From IMG/VR virus record IMGVR_UViG_3300020045_007300, positions 1-64,000 of that record: DNA of 64,000 nucleotides. One strand, given 5' to 3'. This DNA comes from a virus. Below the pieces are notes generated by a model. That model saw nothing but the letters and a program-made list of their open reading frames with translations. It ran no database searches and was not told the origin of the DNA. Position numbers and translations under genes: made by a program. Below are positions 49,885-59,159 of this stretch, piece after piece (position 1 is the stretch's first letter; the number at the start of each line of letters is the position of its first letter).

Positions 49885-51536
49885 TGTTACCCCCTAAGCG
49901 TCAAAACCTATTCCCACCATTCGCCACTACGTTTGACGGCGACCCTGCTGAGTGTTCCAAGCACTTAGGCAGGGCAAGGGGTATGCTTAGCTTAATGTGC
50001 CGCAGTATGCCGCCTGTCAAGTCACGCACAGAAACTACGGCTGATGGTGTTGAGATACGGGTTACTACCAATCCTCATCATGTTTATATTAAGTCTGGTA
50101 GTACGTTATTTTGCACGTCATTTAATGAAGGCGATTTAGGTACGCAGATATATAAAAAACCATACCCTCCAGTAACAAGAGATGGTCTTATTTTAGATAG
50201 TGACAATCCCAATAAACTTGTCCTACCATCACCGACCTACAGCGCACGAGCTAATTATTGGGCAAATACTAGAGAAAATGCCACAGTTAGCTGGGATTAT
50301 GTTGAGTATTTAGATATATTTTACCCTGTTGGTCACGCCAGCAGACTAAGAAAATACGGAAAAATAGCGGTAAATGGTATCGAAACTGACTTGCTATGGG
50401 GTAAGTTTTTAGAACCGTTGGTGTGCGCATTAATCGATAAAGATGCTGATGATTTGCCTGTTCAGCGGATTGTGATTATCTATGTTGATAGACTTAATTA
50501 TGCGGGGACGGGCAATAATAGATATATTGCGGTGTACGATTATCAGATAGACACAAGCGTTTCTTTAACGGAGATTTCAAAAACTAATTTTAATGTGCTT
50601 GGCTACAGTACAAACACATTAATAGGATTTTTTGGTGATGCTAAACGGCTGGCTATATACAGCACTGTTGATAGGATTTATTACCCATCAGATTACCCAC
50701 TGGGAATTACAAAGCACGTTCCGACAATAAATGTTATTGATTTTAATAGCGCGTTTGTTATGGTCGTAAATGACGAAATTATTTACGAAGAATCGCCAGA
50801 GGTAAGCCTTGGCTATAACTATGTATCAAGCGGCGAAACGACAACATTAGTCATCCCGTTTGAGCATATATCCAGCGCATTTATAGATGTAAGAGGCGAG
50901 TATATTTCTTTTTCTGCATCTAAGACTATTATAAAAATAACAATATTGGCTGCGGAAGTATCGTGGGAAGGCGGCATCTATCGTCCATATAATAGTGATT
51001 CATCGACAGTGGAACATCACCTAGTATCGTGGTCAAAAAAAGACACTTTACAGAGATTACTTTTAAAAGCCACGTCAAGCAGTCACTCTGGAACAACCAC
51101 AGAGTCAGGCGGTCGGTTATTAAAGACGGGTATTTATTTAGAAAAATACATTTACTGTTCCCTGTTCTTAAAAAAGCAAAATGAATGTATTTATGCTGAA
51201 CATACGCAGTCAGGGACTAGCTCATCGGTAGAAGGTACAAAGCCAGCTGGTGATTGGGGAATAATCTCTAGCGAGTCAACGCAACGCAATCAAGTAGAAA
51301 TAATATCAAAAAATCTTGGCGAATTATACACAAGTGACTTAACGCTTGGCGGTGATGGTTGGGTGGGGGATTATTCGTACACTAAAAGTACGCTGGTAGT
51401 ATCAATATACGCATTTGATTATGATACAGAGGGCAATGAAACCGATAAATCATTTACGCTTGTTTCAAATATGAAAAGTAAGTACAAAATAATACCTACG
51501 GAAGCTAAAAACATATCACTGACTAAATTTCCGTAA
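49884..51536 (+). CDS. Tail-associated protein
   Basis: Long beta-rich ORF in the structural region. Confidence 0.55.
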   Translation: MLPPKRQNLFPPFATTFDGDPAECSKHLGRARGMLSLMCRSMPPVKSRTETTADGVEIRVTTNPHHVYIKSGSTLFCTSFNEGDLGTQIYKKPYPPVTRDGLILDSDNPNKLVLPSPTYSARANYWANTRENATVSWDYVEYLDIFYPVGHASRLRKYGKIAVNGIETDLLWGKFLEPLVCALIDKDADDLPVQRIVIIYVDRLNYAGTGNNRYIAVYDYQIDTSVSLTEISKTNFNVLGYSTNTLIGFFGDAKRLAIYSTVDRIYYPSDYPLGITKHVPTINVIDFNSAFVMVVNDEIIYEESPEVSLGYNYVSSGETTTLVIPFEHISSAFIDVRGEYISFSASKTIIKITILAAEVSWEGGIYRPYNSDSSTVEHHLVSWSKKDTLQRLLLKATSSSHSGTTTESGGRLLKTGIYLEKYIYCSLFLKKQNECIYAEHTQSGTSSSVEGTKPAGDWGIISSESTQRNQVEIISKNLGELYTSDLTLGGDGWVGDYSYTKSTLVVSIYAFDYDTEGNETDKSFTLVSNMKSKYKIIPTEAKNISLTKFP

Positions 51537-51625
51537 ATACAAAACTGTATTTTAGCTTTTATGTGTAGCACACCCAAAGGCATCACCAACTCTCAGTAAC
51601 ACGCTTACCCAAAAAGGTATAAAAA

Positions 51626-52678
51626 ATGGCAACTAAAATAGTCTTTAGAGGACAACAAACAACAACCACTGCGTCAGGCACTAATTTAACGCTTATCGCA
51701 GCAGCGACTGGGTACGAGAACTTTAACCCTACTTGTGGAAACGGTGATTCTTTTTATGGCATACTTGAATTACAGGATAAGCAATGGGAAGCAGGGCTGT
51801 TTACCATCGTCGGCTTATATCCAACAGTAGTAAGTAGACCAACAACGCCTATCGCGTCAAGTACGACTTTTACGATGACGGCAGGCACACACACTTTAAA
51901 ATGTTGTGATATGCAGGGTAGCGCATTCCCTGATCCGAACACGAGTAATTTTGATTTTCATAATGCCTATATATTAAACGCATACTTTAATAAAGCTAAA
52001 GGGCAATACGGAGATATAATTCGTAATGCAAATTCTGCTAGTGGTGTTTTAAATATGAATTACGGGGGGTTTTCGACAATAACCCTTAATGCAGATGTCA
52101 GCTACTCAAAAGAAACCACATTGCCAGACGCTACGGTAGCATTGCCTAATAGCGGCGAGGCTCAAACATTAATTATAGAGGTTATTCAAGATAACGCAGG
52201 TGGACATACATTTACGCTAAATGCACCATTTGCTCCGTATACTGACGGAGATTCAGCAACCGTAGGAGTAAATATAGACCTTACCCCATATAGCAAAACG
52301 TACATAGTTCTGGTAAACAACGTGTACACTGTTATTAAAAAGCCGCATTTAGTTGTTAATAGCATCTTTGATGTAGACTATGATGTCTCTTTTCCAAAAG
52401 GGTTTGAAAACAGCATTGTACACCGAACCAGTGCAGACACTACAGCGCGAACGTGGACTATCCCTGCAAACTCAGCAGAACCCTTTCGTACAGGTACAAA
52501 AATGAGACTGTTAAACATGGGGGCATCTGGCAATGTTTCAGTACCAATTACTACTGACACGCTTAAATGGCTACCAACGGGCGGCACAGGAACGCGCACT
52601 ATCGCACCAAATGGTTATCTTGATATTGAAAAGATAACTGATACCATGTGGATTTGTTCAGGTGTTGGCGTGACTTAA
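51626..52678 (+). CDS. Tail fibre/receptor-binding-like protein
   Basis: QTTTTASGT N-terminus; ARTWTIPANS..TGTRTIAPNG..WICSGVGVT C-terminus. Confidence 0.75.
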   Translation: MATKIVFRGQQTTTTASGTNLTLIAAATGYENFNPTCGNGDSFYGILELQDKQWEAGLFTIVGLYPTVVSRPTTPIASSTTFTMTAGTHTLKCCDMQGSAFPDPNTSNFDFHNAYILNAYFNKAKGQYGDIIRNANSASGVLNMNYGGFSTITLNADVSYSKETTLPDATVALPNSGEAQTLIIEVIQDNAGGHTFTLNAPFAPYTDGDSATVGVNIDLTPYSKTYIVLVNNVYTVIKKPHLVVNSIFDVDYDVSFPKGFENSIVHRTSADTTARTWTIPANSAEPFRTGTKMRLLNMGASGNVSVPITTDTLKWLPTGGTGTRTIAPNGYLDIEKITDTMWICSGVGVT

Positions 52679-52730
52679 TGCGGTAATGTGAATTAAAGGG
52701 GCAACATTGCACCTTTGTTTTCATCGATTT

Positions 52731-54065
52731 AGCTCCGAGATACCCCTTCCTTTAGGTGGGGGAGGAAAGGAGTGCTTTTGATTTTCGCTGCACATAGTTA
52801 ATTCCTAAAATATCTGTTGTGTTATCACATTTTTTAAATTAAAATGTGAGTTATGAAAAATAGAGCTTACAAATACCGCTTTTACCCAACGCCCGAACAA
52901 GAAACCTTGCTTGCTCAGACGTTTGGCTGTGTGCGTAAGGTCTACAACACCGTTTTGCGTTGGCGTACAGATATGTATTACCAAAGCAAGGAAAAAATAG
53001 GGTATATTCAAGCCAGTGCTAAATTGACTGAGCTTAAAAAACTTCCTGAACTCTCTTTCCTGAATGACGTTTCTTGTGTCCCATTGCAACAATGCTTGAG
53101 GCATCAACAAACCGCGTTTAAAAACTTCTTTGAAGGTCGCGCTAACTATCCGACTTTCAAAAAGAAAAATAGAAAGCAATCCGCTGAATTTACCAAAAGC
53201 GCATTTAAGCACATTGACGGTAAACTTTATATTGCCAAGTGCAAAGAACCGCTTAACATTCACTGGACAAAAAAGCGTGAAAGTTTGCCTTGCGAACCCA
53301 GTACGATAACTATTTCCAAAGACTGTGCAGGACGCTATTTTGTTTCGTGCCTGTGCGAGTTTGAAAACCAAATCCTGCCAAAAACTGATAAAACCATCGG
53401 CATTGACGTAGGAATAAAGCATTTGTTTGTGACTAGCAACGGTCTCAAAATCGACAATCCCCGCCATACTGCTAACTTCGCGGTTCGATTGGCTAAAGCG
53501 CAACGCAGTCTGAGTAAGAAAAAACTCGGCTCTGCGAATCGCGCTAAAGCTAAATTGAGCGTTGCGCGACTTCATGCAAAAATCTCTGATTGCCGATTGG
53601 ACAACTTACACAAGTTGACCCGTGAACTGATTAACGATAACCAAGTGGTTTGTGTTGAATCGTTGCGCGTAAAAAACATGATTAAAAACCCTAAGTTGAG
53701 CAAACATATTGCGGATGCAAGCTGGGGTAAGTTTGTCCAGCAATTGGAATACAAAGCCGATTGGGCAGGTCGAACACTGGCAAAAATAGACCAGTTTTTT
53801 CCTAGCTCAAAACGCTGCTCTTGTTGTGGGTATACCTTGCCCCGCTTATCTTTAAGCGTCCGCAACTGGGCGTGTCCAGAATGCTCAACAGAACACGACC
53901 GCGATATTAACGCGGCTATAAACATCAAAACCGCAGGGCTTGCGGGGTTAGCCTTTGGAGAGACTGTAAGTCTTGTGTAGCTAGTCTGCATAAGCTGTTC
54001 TCGTTGAATTAGGAAGTCTTAGTAGTGATGCTAAGAATCCCCTACTCTTTAGGGGGGTATGTCAA
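52731..54065 (+). mobile_element. tnpB-only IS200/IS605-family element (IS1341-like)
   Basis: Left-end hairpin CCCCTTCCTTTAGGTGGGGG; right end GAATCCCC..TTTAGGGGG..GTCAA ending in TCAA; no tnpA. The left boundary is approximate. Confidence 0.85.
52853..53980 (+). CDS. tnpB: RNA-guided endonuclease TnpB
   Basis: AYKYRFYPT HTH; RuvC GIDVG, VESL and DRDINAA; zinc finger CSCC/CPEC. Confidence 0.96.
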   Translation: MKNRAYKYRFYPTPEQETLLAQTFGCVRKVYNTVLRWRTDMYYQSKEKIGYIQASAKLTELKKLPELSFLNDVSCVPLQQCLRHQQTAFKNFFEGRANYPTFKKKNRKQSAEFTKSAFKHIDGKLYIAKCKEPLNIHWTKKRESLPCEPSTITISKDCAGRYFVSCLCEFENQILPKTDKTIGIDVGIKHLFVTSNGLKIDNPRHTANFAVRLAKAQRSLSKKKLGSANRAKAKLSVARLHAKISDCRLDNLHKLTRELINDNQVVCVESLRVKNMIKNPKLSKHIADASWGKFVQQLEYKADWAGRTLAKIDQFFPSSKRCSCCGYTLPRLSLSVRNWACPECSTEHDRDINAAINIKTAGLAGLAFGETVSLV

Positions 54066-54073
54066 ATTAAATC

Positions 54074-54330
54074 TTGACAATAGTTATTTGGTGGCATAAT
54101 AACAGTGGGCTTCAAAACTCAAATACCAAGCGTTACCCGCACACGAAAGTTACGCGGATATTTCACCTTTCTGTTTTCGCAAACCTATCCTTGTGGTAGA
54201 CTTGCACTGCGATTGGGAGTGTCACGAATATATTGAATAAGTGCGCCACGCTTGGTAGTGGTTTTGAAACTCCTAATTGTACCCTTCGGGGCGTTTCAGT
54301 TCTTAGAATCACCAAGGATTCATCATGTCA
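54074..54330 (+). ncRNA. C4/ash-like antisense immunity element (P1 C4 / P4 CI type), downstream gene apparently lost
   Basis: TTGACA..CATAAT promoter. TTCAAAAC and ACCAAGCG are complemented by CGCTTGGT and GTTTTGAA (about 54250-54268). A second ACCAAG overlaps the RBS of a 10-codon ORF. Confidence 0.6.
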
Positions 54331-54380
54331 CAAGTAAATGTTGTGGATATGTGCTGAATGTAAAACAACTTTAAGTTAAA

Positions 54381-54596
54381 ATGACAATCCAACTAAAACG
54401 CCATCACCGAGCAAGGCTTAAGCGCAATAGAAAATATCACTTTGGGCGCGATTTAAGCGATAAACACTTAAGTACGGCTATCAATACACCTAGACCGTGT
54501 TCATGCGTCATGTGTGGCAATCCTAGGCGTTATTTTGGCAATAAAACGCTTGCTGAGTTGCGTAATGCCGAATTATATAACGAACAGGAAAATTAA
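54381..54596 (+). CDS. Conserved small basic Cys protein
   Basis: RHHRARLK..TPRPCSCVMCGNPRR. Confidence 0.7.
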   Translation: MTIQLKRHHRARLKRNRKYHFGRDLSDKHLSTAINTPRPCSCVMCGNPRRYFGNKTLAELRNAELYNEQEN

Positions 54597-54597
54597 A

Positions 54598-54828
54598 ATG
54601 AACGATTTGCTGTATGAAAAAGCAATGCAAGGAATGATACTACGGTCTTTCACCACTAAAGAAATAGTTGATTTTATGCGTAGCAAAGGATTTTACGCTG
54701 ACATTGATAAAAAATGCGGGTTTGGAAGGATTTTTATAACATTTCACCATGAAGATGCCTTGATAAAAGATGTTGTACTTACTGTGGATTGGTATCGTGG
54801 AGGTATGATGTTGAGTCGCTTAAATTAA
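54598..54828 (+). CDS. Hypothetical protein
   Basis: MNDLLYEK start with AGGA RBS. Confidence 0.5.
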   Translation: MNDLLYEKAMQGMILRSFTTKEIVDFMRSKGFYADIDKKCGFGRIFITFHHEDALIKDVVLTVDWYRGGMMLSRLN

Positions 54829-54855
54829 ATAATTCTTGAGCTTTACTAGAAATTC

Positions 54856-55056
54856 TGTATAATTGTTCATAGGGTTTTCAGTATTTGTCTTGGGAAAGGC
54901 GTAAATACTGAAAACCCCGCAATAAAACGAATGCTTTGCAGCCTTTCCCATCTGGTAAAGCATTCGGAACAATAAAACCGTTTTGTGACACCTCTAGCAA
55001 AACGGATAACCTTTAAGAACCCGCGTTTGCTATTTTAGTAAACGCGGGTTTTTTTT
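54856..55056 (+). promoter_or_regulatory. Promoter, kissing-loop hairpin pair, third hairpin and strong terminator
   Basis: TATAAT at 54858; loops TGGGAAAGGC and GCCTTTCCCA; terminator AACCCGCGTTT..AAACGCGGGTTTTTTTT. Confidence 0.7.
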
Positions 55057-55069
55057 AATGTCTAAAATT

Positions 55070-55510
55070 TGCCACCTAAGACGTGGTAATCATAAAACCC
55101 CAAAAATGTACGAGACACACAGTGTAAGCCTAGACATGGGGCAGATTCTCAGAGTGCCATGCAACGCTAAATTGGATTAGCGACAAGACGGATGAAGACA
55201 TGGAAAAGCCTATGTGTGGCGGCAATACACAGAACATCAAGACTAATCGGGGAAGTATGAAATAGCCAACCCAGAGGGGTAACCACCCTCACACACGACA
55301 TAATAGTGAACTGCCATAGGAGTATGGCACATAGAGTTATCGAGCTGAACTCACGCACTGCATTTGCGAAATACAGCTAGTCGGTTAATAGGTTTAGTTT
55401 GATTAGTCCATGTGAGTTGAATGGGTTATGTATTCTCTTGTCACTGTGTAACCATGCAGTAGTTTGTACAAGAGTTCACATACGGCTTAATTGATTACTA
55501 TTGTCTAAAT
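55070..55510 (+). ncRNA. Putative large structured ncRNA, class not recognised
   Basis: No sense-strand ORF, and many local and long-range complementary segments (see findings). Confidence 0.55.
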
Positions 55511-55526
55511 TTAAAGGTGGGTTAAA

Positions 55527-55772
55527 ATGGAAAGAAGTTTAACAAGAATATCAAAACCTTTTGGAAAGGTAATTTTGGGTATTGATATGCACGATTTTTT
55601 AGAAGTAGCCGCTATTTACGAGATAATAAAAGTAGGCGATGAATTAGTTCTAACTAAAATTGGCAGTACATCAATTCATGAACCTAAGCCAATTGGCTCA
55701 TTACATGGATATTCTATTCAGGAATTGGCTTTAGATGGCCGATACTTATTTACTGATGATGAATTAAAATGA
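55527..55772 (+). CDS. Hypothetical protein
   Basis: ORF with RBS. Confidence 0.55.
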   Translation: MERSLTRISKPFGKVILGIDMHDFLEVAAIYEIIKVGDELVLTKIGSTSIHEPKPIGSLHGYSIQELALDGRYLFTDDELK

Positions 55773-55966
55773 CCATACAAAATGAATTTATCGTTGCTGA
55801 ATTGGATTTCACTCATGTTTTACGCAACCAATGCGTTCAAGAGCAAGGTATTATCACTTGCATACAAACTGGCAATAAAGGCTATTTTTGGTTAGAAGCG
55901 GGTAAATTTCCTTCTCGCCAAGACCTAGCGATTGTAAGCAATAAAAGAACTATTAAATTATCATGA
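55769..55966 (+). CDS. Hypothetical protein
   Basis: Translationally coupled ORF. Confidence 0.5.
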   Translation: MTIQNEFIVAELDFTHVLRNQCVQEQGIITCIQTGNKGYFWLEAGKFPSRQDLAIVSNKRTIKLS

Positions 55967-55983
55967 ATTAGGCGTGGATTGAA

Positions 55984-56550
55984 ATGGTCTTACTAGCAAA
56001 GAAGCATGACCTTTACCTAAAAAAATTAGGGGAAGCGATAAAAGAAAACATGAGTCTTATTATTGAGCTGCAAAAAACAGGCTCATTGTCACCAGAATCT
56101 ATTTTATGTAAAAACAAAATAGACGACAATTTAAAAAAATATAAAGAAAAGTGTTTTTCAGTGTCACCAGTTAAGGAAATTGATTTTTGCCGAAAACAAT
56201 ACTTAGCAGGTCAGTACAATAAAAGATTCATTGTGTCAGTAAGTGGGATTTATTTCAATATCTGGAGAAAAACAGGGAATGGCTTTTTTTTACTGCCGAT
56301 ACAATACCCAAGAGACATATTTGTTGATAATATGTACTCGAACACATATCTGCTAGATATTTCATTTATGAAGGATGGGCGTTATTATGATGTTCATGGA
56401 AACGAGGATTTTGAGTGTTTTATTGATGATTCTTTCAAAGAAAACAGGAAGACGTTAGGAGGAATGCAGAAGGCACTGAACATTGAATTAGATGGAATAC
56501 CTACTATTTTAGGGTTTAACAACCAATTTCAGGTTTATAACCATCATTAA
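55984..56550 (+). CDS. Hypothetical protein
   Basis: 188-aa ORF. Confidence 0.55.
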   Translation: MVLLAKKHDLYLKKLGEAIKENMSLIIELQKTGSLSPESILCKNKIDDNLKKYKEKCFSVSPVKEIDFCRKQYLAGQYNKRFIVSVSGIYFNIWRKTGNGFFLLPIQYPRDIFVDNMYSNTYLLDISFMKDGRYYDVHGNEDFECFIDDSFKENRKTLGGMQKALNIELDGIPTILGFNNQFQVYNHH

Positions 56551-56576
56551 ATGGCAAACAATTAATCAGTCAGTAA

Positions 56577-56819
56577 TTGAAATTACACAAAGACAAATTG
56601 AGTTTAACTGTGACCGATAAAATAATCAACTTCCCAGCATCAACCAGCCTAAATGTTGACCAAGCCTTAGCTAGTGCAGCGCAACTGAATATGACCGATG
56701 TGCTGATTATTGGCTACGTCGGAAATGGTCTGTTGAAAATTAGAAGTTCAAAGATGGATAGAAAAAACGCCTTATGGCTTATTGAATCAGCAAAGAGAGA
56801 GATATTTAGTGATGAATAG
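56577..56819 (+). CDS. Conserved small phage protein
   Basis: DVLIIGY..IRSS..ALWLIESAK. Confidence 0.65.
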   Translation: MKLHKDKLSLTVTDKIINFPASTSLNVDQALASAAQLNMTDVLIIGYVGNGLLKIRSSKMDRKNALWLIESAKREIFSDE

Positions 56820-57033
56820 ATGTAAAGATTGCAATTACTTTGACGTGGACGGATTAACCAAGGCTATGTCAATAAGTGATAAGGGATTATGCGTACTTAT
56901 TTCAACAAGCGAATATGGCTTAAAAAGCCTAGATTCAAATATAGCTGAATCAGTTTGTGTAAATGAAGGTATTGGTGGTGAATTAATTGTTTCTCCTGAT
57001 TTTGGCTGTGTAGAGTGGACAAACAATGTTTGA
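56812..57033 (+). CDS. Cys-containing hypothetical protein
   Basis: CKDCNYF..C..PDFGCVEW. Confidence 0.65.
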   Translation: MNRCKDCNYFDVDGLTKAMSISDKGLCVLISTSEYGLKSLDSNIAESVCVNEGIGGELIVSPDFGCVEWTNNV

Positions 57034-57226
57034 ATTATCATTTGACGCTACCCGATGCGTGGCGAAACAACCATGTGAACTTAAGCAATACTGCGCCAGA
57101 TTTACATCAAAATGGCAACCAGAAGGACATCAAGGTTGTGTTGATGCTAGTAAGCTGTTAATTGACGGTAAAGACTGCGCGATGTTTGTTTCAAATAAGA
57201 ATGAAGACCATGGTAACTACAAATGA
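57026..57226 (+). CDS. Small Cys-rich protein
   Basis: DATRC..CELKQYCARF..CAMF. Confidence 0.6.
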   Translation: MFELSFDATRCVAKQPCELKQYCARFTSKWQPEGHQGCVDASKLLIDGKDCAMFVSNKNEDHGNYK

Positions 57227-57317
57227 TAACTTCTACTTTTCGCACCGCCGTAGGGCTGTTCATGATGATTGTTTTACTGGGGTATTTAATGATGATAGAA
57301 CTTAGGCATAAAAAATA

Positions 57318-57986
57318 ATGACAACTGAAATTCAAAAGAAAATCACCGCATACAGAGTAGTTGATAAAAACGCAGAAGAACTGCCTGTTATTGCCGCAAA
57401 TGAACTGCCTGAAATGATGCACGAAGGCTTATCACGCCCTGAAATACTCAAGGGTTCATCATACAAGATTAAAACGCCGCAGTCAGAACACGCACTGTAT
57501 GTCACTATCAATGATATGGTGTTAAACGAAGGTACGGATAATGAAGAATTGCACCCTTATGAGATTTTCGTGAACTCAAAAAACATGGAAAACTTTCAGT
57601 GGATAGTGGCATTAACACGGGTCACATCGGCTGTGTTTCGTAAAGGTGGCGATGTTGGCTTTTTGGTCGATGAATTAAAAGCGGTATTCGATCCACAAGG
57701 CGGCTACTGGAAGAAAGGCGGTGTGTTTATGCCTTCTTTAGTAGCAGAGATAGGCTGCACCATTGAAACGCATTTAAAGTCCACTGGTCGCATTAAAGTA
57801 GTGGTTGATGCTCATCAACAAGCGTTTATTTCAGCCAAGCGCAAAGAGTTTAATGAACGCGAAAGTGAGGAGTCTACTGGGTTTCCTGCTAATGCGACAA
57901 TGTGTAAGTCATGTTCAACAAAAGCGGTTATTTTAATGGATGGATGTGAAGTTTGCTTGTCGTGCGGCTCGTCTAAATGCAATTAG
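57318..57986 (+). CDS. nrdJb: NrdJb-like (TSCPD domain + zinc ribbon) subunit of split class II ribonucleotide reductase
   Basis: RPEILKGSSYKIKTP..ALYVTIND, EIFVNSKNM, ALTRVTSAVFRKGGD, DGCEVCLSCGSSKC. Confidence 0.88.
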   Translation: MTTEIQKKITAYRVVDKNAEELPVIAANELPEMMHEGLSRPEILKGSSYKIKTPQSEHALYVTINDMVLNEGTDNEELHPYEIFVNSKNMENFQWIVALTRVTSAVFRKGGDVGFLVDELKAVFDPQGGYWKKGGVFMPSLVAEIGCTIETHLKSTGRIKVVVDAHQQAFISAKRKEFNERESEESTGFPANATMCKSCSTKAVILMDGCEVCLSCGSSKCN

Positions 57987-58158
57987 TTCTTATTTAGGGA
58001 AAGAAAATGAACCACGCAGAACTATTAAGCTACTTACTCAGTGGTAAAACACTGATAAACAGAATATGCAAGACCATTAAAATAGAAAATGGTGTTTTAA
58101 TGGAAGCCTCCCCGACGGGCGAACACTGGAAAGTTGACGACCTTAATCTTAACGATGA

Positions 58159-58530
58159 TTGGAAATTACACGAGGAACAATAGTGCACGGATTAACAACG
58201 CAATACGACAAACAGCTATCCATTGCCTTAGATTATGACGAAACTTTCACTGCTAATCGTGAGCTTTGGACTGGATTTATTGCCTTAGCAAAAAGCATGA
58301 ATTGCAAGATTACGTTTGTTACGTTTAGAATGCAAAATGCGCATAATATGGATATTATTTATGATGCTCAGAAATTAGGATTAAATGTAATTTTTAGTAA
58401 TGGAAAGCCTAAATCAAGCATATTTACCGCTGATATTTGGATAGATGATAGCCCTGTAACTATTCCTAGTTACGATGCAATGACCGAATTACTTAACAAT
58501 GTTTATGAGGAAACACAATGCCAAAAATAA
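58159..58530 (+). CDS. HAD-superfamily phosphatase-like protein
   Basis: IALDYDETFT (DxDxT), K, and WIDD motifs. Confidence 0.75.
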   Translation: MEITRGTIVHGLTTQYDKQLSIALDYDETFTANRELWTGFIALAKSMNCKITFVTFRMQNAHNMDIIYDAQKLGLNVIFSNGKPKSSIFTADIWIDDSPVTIPSYDAMTELLNNVYEETQCQK

Positions 58531-59063
58531 CAATCAAATACGAACATTCGCATGAATTAACTGATTTATTGGGTAAGTTAGCGCAAATTTATGTTGTGCC
58601 AGAAGCTACTTGTGGTGTTGATGTTCCATATCCAGAAAATTATAATCAGGGTGATTCGGAATCTGTATTAGAAGCTAAGTTAAAAGGTATTGAAGCTACG
58701 ACTAAATACCGCGATGTTCTTAATCAAATACATAATTTAATTATTGAGAGAGGCTTGCTAAAAGATGTCTCATTTGAGGATGGTATTAAGGATTTTCCAT
58801 TACTGATTAGCTGTATTTTCAGGGAAAATAGGGAAATGAGGAACTCGCTTAGACAATTGGGAGTTCCTATTTATACAAAAGACAATACCGCATTTATTGC
58901 CGACACTGACAATCAATTATTCACACTCGAAGAAGCGGCTGAATACTTGGAGATTAACAAATTCAATGTTTTTAGTCTTATGAATGATGGTGATTTGAAG
59001 TGCCAAGGTTTTTTATTATCAGACTTGCGAAAAGTAAAGAAAAGTTGGGAGGATAGTGTATAA
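58518..59063 (+). CDS. Protein with C-terminal excisionase-like HTH
   Basis: LFTLEEAAEYLEI..LMNDGDL. Confidence 0.6.
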   Translation: MPKITIKYEHSHELTDLLGKLAQIYVVPEATCGVDVPYPENYNQGDSESVLEAKLKGIEATTKYRDVLNQIHNLIIERGLLKDVSFEDGIKDFPLLISCIFRENREMRNSLRQLGVPIYTKDNTAFIADTDNQLFTLEEAAEYLEINKFNVFSLMNDGDLKCQGFLLSDLRKVKKSWEDSV

Positions 59064-59159
59064 TCGCTACTTAGTTCATTACTTGTTGCTGGTTAATTTG
59101 GAGGTTGATATGTAACACGTTACCGCTTAAGTAAATCAAATTACTGCATTAGTAAATAA

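Noticed and set aside
52805-53991. Minus-strand ORFs 52805-53575 and 53572-53991
   Set aside because: Antisense shadows of tnpB.
55167-55358. 63-aa minus-strand ORF explaining the non-coding region
   Set aside because: It is opposite to all neighbouring genes, has no RBS and covers less than half of the region.
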